DNA from: Rhodothermales bacterium
Lineage (GTDB): Bacteria > Bacteroidota > Rhodothermia > Rhodothermales > VXPQ01
Direction of reading: 5' to 3'
DNA: 64,000 bases
NCBI GenBank assembly: GCA_040904565.1
Contig: JBBDTI010000064.1
Location: forward strand, 1-64,000
A program made the position numbers and the translations under genes. The notes beneath the pieces were generated by a model. The model was not told where the DNA came from, did no database searches, and saw only the letters and a program-made list of their open reading frames with translations. Shown here piece after piece: positions 19,214 to 29,653 of this stretch. Position 1 is the first letter of the stretch; every line of letters starts with the position of its first letter.

Positions 19214-20013
19214 TGCATACGACGGTCATCAAGATCGGAGGAGCGCTGGTGTCCAACGACGACGCCCTCGACATCCTGTGGTCCTCCGTCTCAAAGCTCG
19301 TAGCCACACGCCGCGTCGTGGTCGTCCACGGCGGCGGAGGTCGGGCAACCGACGTGGCCAGGAAGCTCGATCACGAGCCCCGCGTAGTGCAGGGCCGGCG
19401 CGTGACCACGGATCTGGATCTCACGATCGTTCAGTGGACGATGCGAGGCGAGCTCAACAGCCGTCTCGTCGCCGGGGCCGTCGCCCACGAACTCCGTGCG
19501 GTCGGAATCTCAGGAGCCGACGGTCCGACGCTGGTGGTCGTAAAGCGGCCCCCGTGGAACGTGGACGGCGAACAGGTCGATTTCGGATGGGTAGGAGACG
19601 TGGCATCGGTTGAACCGGCCCTTCTTACGCTGCTGCTCGAGAACGGCTTTGTACCGGTCGTGGCACCTATCGGCGTCGACGCCTCGGGCCGGCTCTTCAA
19701 TGTGAACGCAGATACCGTGTCCCGCGCCGTCGCCGGCGCGCTCGACGCCGACGAGTACCTCCTCGTTACGGAGTCCGGCGGGGTTAGGCGCGATGCGGCC
19801 GACCCCTCCACACATCTGAGCACGTGTGACGAAGCACTCTTCATGGAAGGGTGCACGGAGGGATGGATCGCGGGCGGCATGCGTGTCAAGCTCACCGTGG
19901 CCTTCGATGCCCTGGAGCAGGGCGTAGATCAGGTATTTATCGTTCCGCCGGAGGGCATTCTCGACCGCGCTCTCGGCACACGGGTAAAGGCCTCATCGTA
20001 TCCGACACTATGA
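19213..20013 (+). CDS. argB: Acylglutamate kinase
   Basis: VIKIGG, VVHGGG, GRRVT, NVNAD, GGMRVK. Confidence 0.92.
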   Translation: MHTTVIKIGGALVSNDDALDILWSSVSKLVATRRVVVVHGGGGRATDVARKLDHEPRVVQGRRVTTDLDLTIVQWTMRGELNSRLVAGAVAHELRAVGISGADGPTLVVVKRPPWNVDGEQVDFGWVGDVASVEPALLTLLLENGFVPVVAPIGVDASGRLFNVNADTVSRAVAGALDADEYLLVTESGGVRRDAADPSTHLSTCDEALFMEGCTEGWIAGGMRVKLTVAFDALEQGVDQVFIVPPEGILDRALGTRVKASSYPTL

Positions 20014-21074
20014 CCGGAACGGACGTCGTATCGCTCTTGAAAGAGCTCGTCGCCATCCCTTCGCTCAGCGGTGAGGAGAAGGCGGCAGCCGATTTCATAC
20101 AGGATCTCGTATCCCGGCACGAAATCGGCGTCGGACGCGTTGACGACAACGTGTATTTCTGGCTCGGCGAGGGCGACGACCTCCTGCTGTTGAACACGCA
20201 CCTCGACGTGGTGCCCCCTTCCGAGCACCATCCCTACGATCCGTTTGCGCCCGTCACAAGGGAAGGACGCATCTTCGGGAGAGGTAGCGTCGACGCCAAA
20301 GCCTCCGTCGCGGCGATGACGACGGCACTGCTCACCCTCGCCGAAGAGAGCTACGATCCACCCGGTCGCATCATGGTGGCACTGACGACGTGTGAGGAAA
20401 CCGGCGGTGCCTATAACGGACTCGAGACCCTTCGGCCCCATTTGCCGGACATCTCCGCCGCCCTGATCGGAGAGCCTACCGAACTTCAGCCCTGCGTGGC
20501 TCAGAAAGGCCTCCTTATATTGACCGTACGCGCCATCGGGGAAACGGCCCATGCCGCGCGTGCGCACCTGGGTGATAATGCCATCGAGAAGGCCGCGCGC
20601 GACGTGCTTCGATCCGCGGCCCTGTCGTTCGATCGGGTAGACCCATTCCTCGGTCTCCCCACCGTGACGGCGACGACGATTCAAGGAGGATCCGCGCGCA
20701 ACGTCGTGCCCGATCGGTGCACGTTTACGCTCGACATCCGCTCGACGCCCGTCTATACGCACGAAGAGCTTACGACACGCGTTCGCGAGGAGCTCGAATC
20801 ATCCGTCGACGTGCACAGCAACCGGATCGTGCCCGTTGCCACGGCGCTGGAGGAACGCATCGTACGCGCGTGTTGTCGCGCCGTACCCGATGCCGAACCC
20901 TTCGGCTCTCCGACGACATCCGACTGGATCTTCCTCTCGGATGTCCCCGCGGTCAAGATCGGGCCGGGTGCGAGCGAACTGTCCCATACCGCGCGTGAAA
21001 GCATTCCCGTCGACCAGCTCCATCAGGCCGTCGACGTCTACCGTTCCGCCATCGAAGCCTACTTCAGCCTATGA
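20010..21074 (+). CDS. argE: M20 family deacylase (acetyl/succinyl-ornithine or -citrulline deacylase)
   Basis: LNTHLDVV, GRGSVDAK, CEE, GEPT, AHAA, SHT; located within the arg operon; ATG 20010. Confidence 0.85.
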   Translation: MTGTDVVSLLKELVAIPSLSGEEKAAADFIQDLVSRHEIGVGRVDDNVYFWLGEGDDLLLLNTHLDVVPPSEHHPYDPFAPVTREGRIFGRGSVDAKASVAAMTTALLTLAEESYDPPGRIMVALTTCEETGGAYNGLETLRPHLPDISAALIGEPTELQPCVAQKGLLILTVRAIGETAHAARAHLGDNAIEKAARDVLRSAALSFDRVDPFLGLPTVTATTIQGGSARNVVPDRCTFTLDIRSTPVYTHEELTTRVREELESSVDVHSNRIVPVATALEERIVRACCRAVPDAEPFGSPTTSDWIFLSDVPAVKIGPGASELSHTARESIPVDQLHQAVDVYRSAIEAYFSL

Positions 21075-22408
21075 CAGATCGACCATCCAGCCCCCTCTGG
21101 AAAAAAACGAAGGCGGCCGACGACTGGGTGACTCGCTTTACCGTCGGTGACGATTACCGATGGGACACGCTCCTGATCCCTTTCGACGTGCAGGCCACAC
21201 GCGCTCACGCATGGGGACTCTCACACATCGGTGTGCTGACGGGCGACGAGTTCGAGGCGGTTTCCGCGGCCCTCGACGATCTGTTGGAGGCGGACGTGGT
21301 CGTTCGGCCGGAGGACGAGGATTGCCATACCGTCATCGAACATTTTCTGACGGACAAACTGGGCGATACGGGCAAGAAGATTCATACCGGACGGTCACGC
21401 AACGACCAGGTTTTGGCTGCCCTTCGCCTGTACGTCCGCGAAGCCCTCGACGGCATCTCTCAACGGTGCGCTGAGGTCGTTCGAACCCTCTGCAGCTGGG
21501 GCGACGAGCTGGACGATCGGCTGATGCCCGGTTACACGCACATGCAACGCGCCATGCCGTCGACGGTAGGCCTCTGGGCTATGGGGTTCGCGGAACTCCT
21601 CGTGACCGACCTGGAACGGCTGCGCGATACCCGGAAGCGAAGCAACGTCTCTCCGCTCGGTTCGGCCGCCGGCTACGGCGTCCCGTATCTGGACCTACCC
21701 CGTGAGGAGATAGCCGATCGCCTTGGATTCGACGGCATCCAGGAACACGTCACGGCCGTCCAGCTCTCCCGGGGGAAGCTCGAGCTGGACGTGGCACACA
21801 CGCTCGTGCAGGTGTCGGGGACGCTCAACCGTCTCGCGTCCGACCTGGTGCTGTTCAACACATCGGAGTTCGGGTTCGTAAAACTGCCTCCCGAATACTG
21901 CACAGGTAGCTCGATCATGCCGCAAAAACAAAATCCGGACGTGCTCGAACTTGTCCGAGCATCGTATCACCGGATCGCCGCGGAAATGCAGATGCTTGCC
22001 TCGCTCCCCGCCAACCTGCCGTCGGGATACCACCGCGACCTGCAGCTCACGAAAGAGTGCGTCATGCGTGCCGTACAAACAGCCGCCGACGTGGCGGACG
22101 CCCTGGCCGCCGTTCTGAGCGGGATCACGTTCGACGAAGCTCGCCTGAAGGAAGCCACGACGGCCGAGCTGTTCGCCACAGCCCGGGCTCTCGAGATGGT
22201 CAGCGACGGCGTGCCGTTTCGTGAGGCCTACCGGCAGGCGGCCGAGGAGGTCGACCGCATCGACGTACCGACGGCGGAGCAGGCGCTCCAGGCATACCGG
22301 GTATCGGGATATCCCGGCCGCTGCCGGCCGAACGTGGTGCTGACGCGGCTGGCGCAGATCGAAGGATTCGGCGAAGGCGACGCATCGCCTAGTCTCCCAT
22401 CACGGTGA
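21071..22408 (+). CDS. argH: Argininosuccinate lyase
   Basis: KIHTGRSRNDQ, PGYTHMQRAMP, GSSIMPQKQNPD, GVPFREAY. Confidence 0.96.
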   Translation: MTDRPSSPLWKKTKAADDWVTRFTVGDDYRWDTLLIPFDVQATRAHAWGLSHIGVLTGDEFEAVSAALDDLLEADVVVRPEDEDCHTVIEHFLTDKLGDTGKKIHTGRSRNDQVLAALRLYVREALDGISQRCAEVVRTLCSWGDELDDRLMPGYTHMQRAMPSTVGLWAMGFAELLVTDLERLRDTRKRSNVSPLGSAAGYGVPYLDLPREEIADRLGFDGIQEHVTAVQLSRGKLELDVAHTLVQVSGTLNRLASDLVLFNTSEFGFVKLPPEYCTGSSIMPQKQNPDVLELVRASYHRIAAEMQMLASLPANLPSGYHRDLQLTKECVMRAVQTAADVADALAAVLSGITFDEARLKEATTAELFATARALEMVSDGVPFREAYRQAAEEVDRIDVPTAEQALQAYRVSGYPGRCRPNVVLTRLAQIEGFGEGDASPSLPSR

Positions 22409-22805
22409 CGACGACCTCCCGATCCCGGGGCTTCACGTCACATTCGAGGAAGAAGATCTGCTGCCAGGTGCCGAGTATCGGCGCACCGCCTCCGACCGGG
22501 ACGGTCAGCGACGGACCCAGCGTGGTCGCCTGAAGGTGGCTGTGGGCGTTGCCGTCGTGCCACGCCTGTTCGTGTCCATAGTGGCGTCCCGGCGGCATCA
22601 GCTTGTCCAGTATATCAGGCAAGTCCTGCTGCAGGCCGGGCTCGAACTCGATGGTTCCCACCGTTCCCGTGCTTCCTACGACGTGCACGTTGGCCACACC
22701 AACCTGTATGGCGGAACGAGCCACGACGGCTCTCACGGCGTCCGTAACGTCGTGCATGTCCCGATGCCCCTGCGTCGACAGTTCGATGCGCTCCTGGTGT
22801 ACCAT
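22389..22805 (-). CDS. YjbQ / UPF0047 family protein
   Basis: HDGNAHSHL, LGTWQQIFFLE. Confidence 0.88.
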   Translation of the reverse strand: MVHQERIELSTQGHRDMHDVTDAVRAVVARSAIQVGVANVHVVGSTGTVGTIEFEPGLQQDLPDILDKLMPPGRHYGHEQAWHDGNAHSHLQATTLGPSLTVPVGGGAPILGTWQQIFFLECDVKPRDREVVVTVMGD

Positions 22806-22842
22806 CTCGTCTTGATGTGTCTTCTACGTGCACGAATGAATT

Positions 22843-23634
22843 CTACCACTCCCACCTCGACAGCTCGTCGAGAAAGTCGTGCGCCGTCAGATCGTACTGG
22901 ATGGGCGTCACGGAGACGAATCCCTCTTCCACGGCCGTCAGGTCGGTGTTCTCTCCGTCGTCAAGATTTTCGAATGTGCCCGTCAGCCAGTAGTACGGCC
23001 TGTTGTTTGGATCGACGCGCTCGTGGAACGACTCGATCCAGCGTGCACGCGCCTGGCGCGTCGCCCGGAATCCCTTGATCTCGTCCCCGGGAACCGCCGG
23101 CACGTTCACGTTCAGGAGGATCCCCGGCGGGAGTCCGCGAGCGAAGATCCGCTTCGCGACGACCCGCGCCACGTCCTGCGACGGCCCATAATCTCCCCCC
23201 TCCCAGTCGCACAGCGAGATCGCCACGGAATCGATTCCGAGGATCGCCGCCTCCGTCGCCGCGCTGACCGTTCCCGAATAGATGACGTTGACGGCCGTAT
23301 TCGGCCCACGGTTGATACCGCTCACGACCAGATCGGGGCGGCGCGGGAGCAGCTGATTCACGGCCAGCTTGACGCAGTCGGCAGGCGTTCCCTGTACGCC
23401 AAAGGCATCCGTCGCCCCCTCAATGCCGAGTCCGACCGCACGAGCCCGAACGGGGTCTCTCACCGTGATGGCATGTCCGACCGCGCTCTGTTCGTGCAGT
23501 GGTGCGACGACGTAGACCTCTCCCAGTTCGGTCATCGCTGCCGCAAGAGCCGCCAGGCCCGGCGCGTCGATGCCATCGTCGTTGCAGACGAGTATGAGGG
23601 GGCGCTTACGGCTTTCGGTATGTGGGTGCTCCAT
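22843..23634 (-). CDS. surE: 5'/3'-nucleotidase SurE
   Basis: [37 protein letters not shown]. Confidence 0.96.
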   Translation of the reverse strand: MEHPHTESRKRPLILVCNDDGIDAPGLAALAAAMTELGEVYVVAPLHEQSAVGHAITVRDPVRARAVGLGIEGATDAFGVQGTPADCVKLAVNQLLPRRPDLVVSGINRGPNTAVNVIYSGTVSAATEAAILGIDSVAISLCDWEGGDYGPSQDVARVVAKRIFARGLPPGILLNVNVPAVPGDEIKGFRATRQARARWIESFHERVDPNNRPYYWLTGTFENLDDGENTDLTAVEEGFVSVTPIQYDLTAHDFLDELSRWEW

Positions 23635-23762
23635 AAGAAGACCGGCAATAAAAAGACCGGCGCTTTAAAATTGTGCATTGCAATTCGTACCGCGCAAATT
23701 ATAGCGTGCAAACCGTACAGCGCAGACCTGCAACGAAAACCGTAGAGTGCGCTCGCGGCCCG

Positions 23763-24596
23763 TCAATAGCTTTCGTCTTCGTCGGGGAACCGGCGAGACC
23801 GGACATCGGATATGTACTCCTGAACGGCCTCCGTAATCACCTCGGTCAGCTGCGCGTAACGGCGCACGAAACGTGGATTAAAGTCGGTGTTCAAACCAAG
23901 CATGTCGTGCGTCACGAGCACCTGGCCGTCGCAGCTGGAACCGGCTCCGATACCGATCGTCGGGATCGAAAGCATGGCGGATACTTCCGAGGCGAGAGCA
24001 GCAGGAATTTTTTCGAGGACGATGGCGAAGCATCCGGCCTCTTCAAGCATCTTCGCATCTCGCTTGAGCTCCTCCGCTTCCGTCTCCTCACGGGCGCGTA
24101 CCCGATACGTACCGAAACGATAGATGCTCTGCGGCGTCAACCCGAGATGCCCCATCACGGGAATCCCGGCATCGATGATGCGCCGGACAGCTTCAATGAC
24201 GACTTCGCCGCCTTCCAGCTTTACGGCGTGCGCACCGGCCTCCTTCATCACGCGAATCGCCGAAACCAGGGCCTCCTTGGAGTTACTCTGGTATGCTCCG
24301 AAGGGAAGGTCCACGACGACCAGCGCGCGCTCGACGCCGCGCAGGACCGACTGTGCGTGATAGATCATCGCATCCAGCGTGATAGGCAGCGTCGTCTCGT
24401 GCCCGGCCATGACGTTGGACGCAGAGTCGCCTACCAGCAAGACATCCACTCCCGCCGTGTCCAGAATGCGAGCGGAGGTATAATCGTACGCCGTAAGCAT
24501 GGCGATCGGAATGTCCTCGCGCTTGAGATCCTGGAGCGTCTGCGTCGTGATGCGTTTGGCATCGACGATGCTCGATTCCGCCGCCTGTGTGCTCAT
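23763..24596 (-). CDS. panB: 3-methyl-2-oxobutanoate hydroxymethyltransferase
   Basis: [37 protein letters not shown]; start set at ATG 24596. Confidence 0.96.
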   Translation of the reverse strand: MSTQAAESSIVDAKRITTQTLQDLKREDIPIAMLTAYDYTSARILDTAGVDVLLVGDSASNVMAGHETTLPITLDAMIYHAQSVLRGVERALVVVDLPFGAYQSNSKEALVSAIRVMKEAGAHAVKLEGGEVVIEAVRRIIDAGIPVMGHLGLTPQSIYRFGTYRVRAREETEAEELKRDAKMLEEAGCFAIVLEKIPAALASEVSAMLSIPTIGIGAGSSCDGQVLVTHDMLGLNTDFNPRFVRRYAQLTEVITEAVQEYISDVRSRRFPDEDESY

Positions 24597-24781
24597 CAGA
24601 GTATTCCCGGTCCCTGTTCGATTTCGTGCGACGTCAATATACGTCACCATCCGGCGCCGCGCGGAACAGGATCCTACAACCTGCTACGTACAAAAAAGGT
24701 ACCTGCCGGCGTGGACAGGTACCCTAGTAATTGTCGTCCGGCAAACGCATACCTCGCGCAGCACTCTCGTGACCAGAACTC

Positions 24782-25408
24782 CTACTGGCTGGCACCGCTG
24801 CTCGACGCCGGAGGCGGCGTGTCCTGCGGCATGCTCGTGTCGGTCTCGTCGACGTCCAGTCCCAGATTGCGGGCCACGTCCAGCGTAATGTCTGTGATGG
24901 TCTCCGGGTTCACGTAGAGCAGGAGCGGCTGGGTGCCTACCTGAGACCTGAGCACGATATCGAGACCGCGCGCCTCCGCCACTTCATTGATGGCCGTCTG
25001 CACCTGCTGGAGCAACGGCTGCATCAGCTGGCTCTCCCGTTCTGCCAGCTGCTGGTCCTGTGCCTGTGCCTGTTCCTGGATGTCCTGCTGGAGATCCATC
25101 AACTCCTGCTCTCGTTCCGCTCTCCGCTCGTCGGAGAGAAGCGACTGCTGCCGCTGATACCGTTCCAGGCGTTCCTGATAATCCTGATACAGCGTCTGCA
25201 GCTCCTGCTGGTTCCCCTCGTAGGCCGACTGCAGCTGTTGCTGCACCGTCTGATACTCAGGCATGTTGACGATAATGATCTCGTGATCCGTGTATCCGAC
25301 GTCCAACGCCTGGGCGCGAGCGTCGTGCAGGGATCCGATCAGCAGAGGAGATGCGAAAAGCAGAAGGCTGAGAACTGCCGATACGCGTTTGCACATGTTG
25401 CTAGTCAT
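24782..25408 (-). CDS. skp: OmpH/Skp periplasmic chaperone
   Basis: Signal peptide, VGYTD..I...MPEY, Gln-rich coiled coil, DITLDV; start uncertain (25396/25408/25465). Confidence 0.85.
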   Translation of the reverse strand: MTSNMCKRVSAVLSLLLFASPLLIGSLHDARAQALDVGYTDHEIIIVNMPEYQTVQQQLQSAYEGNQQELQTLYQDYQERLERYQRQQSLLSDERRAEREQELMDLQQDIQEQAQAQDQQLAERESQLMQPLLQQVQTAINEVAEARGLDIVLRSQVGTQPLLLYVNPETITDITLDVARNLGLDVDETDTSMPQDTPPPASSSGASQ

Positions 25409-25461
25409 TGTATTCGGTGTGATTACATTCAGATGGGCAGACCGCGGTGCGGATACTGCGT

Positions 25462-26007
25462 TCAATTCCCATTGTTTTCAACATCGATGCCAAGTTCCTG
25501 AAGTACGGCGTCGCTCAGGTCGTATTCCTCCTGAACAAACATAAAAAGAAAATCGCCGCCCTTGTCAAATACGTAGTCGTAACCCTCTCGCTCCGCCACC
25601 TCCTCCACGGCGGCCAGGATGCGCTCCTGGATGGGCCGCATCATGCGCTCCTGCTCCTGAAAGAGCTCCCCATCCGGACCGAAATAGCGTACGCGAAGCT
25701 GTTCGACCTCCTCCTCGGCGCGCATGATATCCTCTCGCATGCGCTGCCGTTCCTCGTTCGTATACAGCAGTTCGCGCGCCTGGTACTCGCGAAACATCTC
25801 GTCTACCTCGGCACGGCGCTCGTCGAGTTCCTGCCGCCATTCTTCCGCCATCCGGTCGAGCTGCTGCTGAACCGTGGCGTATTCAGGCGTTTCGCTCAGA
25901 ATATATTCCGAATCGACGTAGCCTATCGTCTGCTGGGCGTAAACGTGCTGCACGGGCCCTGCGAGGAGCAGGGCGCCGAGAAGGTAAAAAAACGAGTAGA
26001 CTTTCAT
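25462..26007 (-). CDS. skp: OmpH/Skp periplasmic chaperone
   Basis: Signal peptide, IGYVDSEYIL, FGPDGEL, YDYVFDK, YDLSDAVL. Confidence 0.9.
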   Translation of the reverse strand: MKVYSFFYLLGALLLAGPVQHVYAQQTIGYVDSEYILSETPEYATVQQQLDRMAEEWRQELDERRAEVDEMFREYQARELLYTNEERQRMREDIMRAEEEVEQLRVRYFGPDGELFQEQERMMRPIQERILAAVEEVAEREGYDYVFDKGGDFLFMFVQEEYDLSDAVLQELGIDVENNGN

Positions 26008-26175
26008 ACGCTGGTACGTTTACAGCCGGAAGCATCACATGTTACGCGTCCGAATGTACACTATGCTGGACGATGCATGTGGATAGAATGAACGGTAGGA
26101 GACCTGGAACTACCGGGTGAACCGCCGGGTGCGCGCCGTGCAGGGCGACGACCTTGCAGCGGGAGGCTACGATGC

Positions 26176-28674
26176 CTACTGCCCGAATCCCTGTCCGAGT
26201 GAGAACTGGAACGTCCACTTCGTCGAACCGTCGTGACGGTTCGTGATCGCCGGGAAGGCGTCGAAATTGTATCCGTACGTCAATTCGATCATGCCCAGTA
26301 TCGGCAAAAAGAGGCGCATACCAACGCCGGCTGAACGGTATAGTTCTGACGGATTGTAGTTCTCGAAGCTGTTCCAGGCGTTGGCCGCGTCGAGGAACAG
26401 ATAGGGCTGAGCAGACAGCTGATCCGTCTGAATAGCCAACCACTTCAACTCAGAGGTATACTTGTTCAGTATCGTGCCGCCCACCGGTTCGTCTTCACGG
26501 CGCGGTCCGATGGATGCCGCGGGATATCCGCGCATGTAGATCACGTCGCGACCGAAATAGCTGTAGAAGCCCTGCGTGTCGAACGGCGAGCCGCCGACGA
26601 TGAAGCGCTCGAAATCGACACGATCTCCCGTGAGCGATCCTACGTAGCCGTAGTCCGTGCTGAAGCCGACGGACAGCTGCGAGGCGAGCGGCACGTTCCA
26701 GCTCGTCTTGAACCGCGACTTGTGATACTGTACGAAGCCCGGAACAGGGGGCGCAACCGCAAATGACAGTTCCATCGACGATCCGCTCGAGGGGAAGACA
26801 GGATGATCCAGCGAATTCCTCGTCAGATTCTGTTCGAGCGTAATCAACTGGCTGATGCCCTGCGGGATCGTCGCGAAAAGGTCTTCATTCTGGTAATACT
26901 GGTAGCGCACGGAGCTGGACGTGCTGAAACGGTCGTCGGGCCAGCTCAGGCGCCGCTCGAAAAAGAAGCGCGCCGAACCGGTCTGAAAAGACCCTCCCGA
27001 ACTGCGGCCGAATCCTGGCAGCCCGCGACTCCCTCCACCGAACCGAGAATAAGACAGCGACGCGCCGATCGGCGTGGGGCGCCCCCGGTACCATGGTTCG
27101 GTGAACGACACGGAGTAGTTCTGGTAGAACGTGCCGCTCGTCTGGAGGGCGAGAGACAGCTTTTGGCCGTCACCGGCGGGAAGCGGATCCCAGGCATCAC
27201 CGTTCAGAATGTTCTGCGCGGAGAAGTTGTTGAAGCTGAAACGCAGCATCAACACGAGGCCGAACGTACCCCACGTCCCCGAAAGCTCCAGCTGGTCACT
27301 GCTCTGCTCGCGCACCGAATAGCCCAGATCCACGGTCCTGGCATTCTCGTTGATCTCGACGGTCGGGCCGCCCCCGAGCGACTCCTGTGTAAAATAGCTG
27401 AGCTGGCTCAGGCGACGGATCGATTCCTGAATGGCGTCTCGACTGAACGTCTGTCCGGGCACGGTATACAGTTCACGCCGAATAACATGTTCTTTCGTTT
27501 TGGTATTACCTGAAATATTGATGTCACCAAACTGGTACACATCGCCCTCCATCACGTCCAGCGAAATATCGAGCGAATCCCCCGTCACCACGCTAATTCG
27601 AGGCTCCACGTTAAACCGCATATACCCCCGATTCATGTAGAGGCTCGTTACGTCGCTGCTGTTGCGATTCTGATAGAGGTTCTGTTCGAGCTCGGACAGG
27701 TTGAACGGTTCGCCGCGCTCGAATCCCAACGCGCCGGTCAAGAATTCGTCCGTGTAGACCGTGTTGCCTTCCCATTCAACGTTGCGAACGTAGTACTGAG
27801 GGCCTTCGTCAAGGTCGAGTTCGACGATCACACCCGGATCGCCGTTCTCCTGTACGTAGACCGTGTCGCGAACGATGCGGGCATCGTAATAACCCCGATC
27901 GTTGTATGCACGAATCACGTTCTGGAGGTCCGTCTGATACGCTTCGCGGTCGAACGTAGCCGCGCTCCAGAAACGCCACCACCTGTCTTCGTCCGTATCA
28001 CTCATGCTCCGCCTGATCCGGCGGTCTGAAAGCGCCTCATTACCGAAAACGCGGATCTCCGATATTTCGACTCTCAGACCCCGGTCGATAAGAAAGGTAA
28101 GGGAGATCTGTCCTTCGGCCGTCTGATTGCGCTGTACATCGACCGTGGAGAGCATGTAACCTTTCTCCCGGAAGTAGTTCTGTATCTCCTGCCTGGAACG
28201 CTCGATGTCCGACGGCCGAACGGGACTCCCCGTCAGCAGCGGTACGCGATCGCGCAGATCGTTGCGGCTCCCCCTGCCCACACCCGTAAATTGATACTCG
28301 ACGAGGCGCGGCTCTTCCTGGACATGTATGGAGAGATAGACCCCGCTCCCGGCCCGGCGATCCTCGACGATCTTGACGTCTGAGAAGAGTCCGAGTCGAT
28401 AGACCGATCGTACGGCGTCAGCTATCGCCTCGTCTCCGGGCAGCGTGATCGTCTGTCCTAATGAAAGCCCGCTGGCCTGCGATACGATCGAACGAGCACT
28501 CTCACTCTCTACGCCCTCGACGGATATGCCGAGAATCTCGTAGGGAGACGGCCTTTGCTGCGTCTGATTCTGCGCCGGGGCCTGTGCCGGGTTCTGCGGC
28601 AGCAAGCCCTGGGCAGCGGCCGGCGCAACCAGCGCACCGGACAACATCAACACCGTGAACAACCGAACGATCAT
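26176..28674 (-). CDS. bamA: Outer membrane protein assembly factor BamA
   Basis: Signal peptide, POTRA repeats (GNTKTKEHVIRREL), FTEPW, MRGY loop-6 motif, C-terminal beta strands. Confidence 0.95.
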   Translation of the reverse strand: MIVRLFTVLMLSGALVAPAAAQGLLPQNPAQAPAQNQTQQRPSPYEILGISVEGVESESARSIVSQASGLSLGQTITLPGDEAIADAVRSVYRLGLFSDVKIVEDRRAGSGVYLSIHVQEEPRLVEYQFTGVGRGSRNDLRDRVPLLTGSPVRPSDIERSRQEIQNYFREKGYMLSTVDVQRNQTAEGQISLTFLIDRGLRVEISEIRVFGNEALSDRRIRRSMSDTDEDRWWRFWSAATFDREAYQTDLQNVIRAYNDRGYYDARIVRDTVYVQENGDPGVIVELDLDEGPQYYVRNVEWEGNTVYTDEFLTGALGFERGEPFNLSELEQNLYQNRNSSDVTSLYMNRGYMRFNVEPRISVVTGDSLDISLDVMEGDVYQFGDINISGNTKTKEHVIRRELYTVPGQTFSRDAIQESIRRLSQLSYFTQESLGGGPTVEINENARTVDLGYSVREQSSDQLELSGTWGTFGLVLMLRFSFNNFSAQNILNGDAWDPLPAGDGQKLSLALQTSGTFYQNYSVSFTEPWYRGRPTPIGASLSYSRFGGGSRGLPGFGRSSGGSFQTGSARFFFERRLSWPDDRFSTSSSVRYQYYQNEDLFATIPQGISQLITLEQNLTRNSLDHPVFPSSGSSMELSFAVAPPVPGFVQYHKSRFKTSWNVPLASQLSVGFSTDYGYVGSLTGDRVDFERFIVGGSPFDTQGFYSYFGRDVIYMRGYPAASIGPRREDEPVGGTILNKYTSELKWLAIQTDQLSAQPYLFLDAANAWNSFENYNPSELYRSAGVGMRLFLPILGMIELTYGYNFDAFPAITNRHDGSTKWTFQFSLGQGFGQ

Positions 28675-28836
28675 ATCGAAAACGAACTAGCCAGTAGCGA
28701 TGGTAAGACGTGCCGGATTCTTTACCGAGACCTGTCCGCGGAGTTTCCCCGTCACAGGTCAATTCCCGGCCTCTTCCAACGGATACGGCTCCTTGCCCGC
28801 CCGGACGGGAATCCGGTCTACAATAGATTAACGTTT

Positions 28837-29640
28837 TTACTCCGCCGTTAGTACCCGGCCGAAGCGACGCTCCCTGTTTTGATAGTCGCGCACGGCATCG
28901 TACAGTGCACGGCGCCGAAACGCGGGCCAGTAGCAGCCCGTGATGTACATCTCCGTATATGCGAGTTCCCAGAGAAGGAAATTAGAGATCCGAAACTCGC
29001 CACCCGTACGGATGAGCAGATCCGGGTCGGGAATACCCGCCATCATCAGCGTCGAGCTGAAGAGCGCTTCGTCGATGTCCTCGGGCTCCAGCTCACCGTC
29101 CCGAACGCGGCGGCTCAGCTCGCGCGCCGCCTCGACGATCTCGAGCCGGCCGCTGTAGGAAATCGCCATGATGAGCGTCATGCGGTCGTTATCCCGCGTC
29201 TTGTCCATGGCGTGGTTCAACTCCCGGCGAGCATCTTCAGGCAGCATCGACAGGCTACCCACGGCCCGGAGGCGAATACGGTTCTTTCTGAGCGTCTCCG
29301 TCTCTCGACGTATGGTATGGACGAGGAGGCGCATCAGCGCACGAACCTCCTTCGTCGGCCGATTCCAGTTCTCCGTGCTGAACGTGTAGAGCGTAAGATA
29401 GTCGACGCCGAGCTGGGCACAGCTCTCCGTGATGTCGCGAACAGACTCGACGCCTTCGTGGTGACCGACGACGCGGCTCTTGCCCCGGTCCCGCGCCCAT
29501 CGGCCATTACCGTCCATAATAACGGCGATATGCCGCGGAATATCCCCACGCTCCTTCAGGTCGTTCTGAAGGGCGACATCGTCAGGCGACCGCGGGTCGT
29601 CTTCCACCGTCGTTTTGTTCGCCGTGGTCTCGTTCTTCAC
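28837..29640 (-). CDS. uppS: Undecaprenyl diphosphate synthase
   Basis: HIAVIMDGNGRWA, FSTENWNRP, SYSGR, DLLIRTGGEFRISNFLLW. Confidence 0.96.
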   Translation of the reverse strand: MKNETTANKTTVEDDPRSPDDVALQNDLKERGDIPRHIAVIMDGNGRWARDRGKSRVVGHHEGVESVRDITESCAQLGVDYLTLYTFSTENWNRPTKEVRALMRLLVHTIRRETETLRKNRIRLRAVGSLSMLPEDARRELNHAMDKTRDNDRMTLIMAISYSGRLEIVEAARELSRRVRDGELEPEDIDEALFSSTLMMAGIPDPDLLIRTGGEFRISNFLLWELAYTEMYITGCYWPAFRRRALYDAVRDYQNRERRFGRVLTAE

Positions 29641-29653
29641 CTGGACCTGATGT

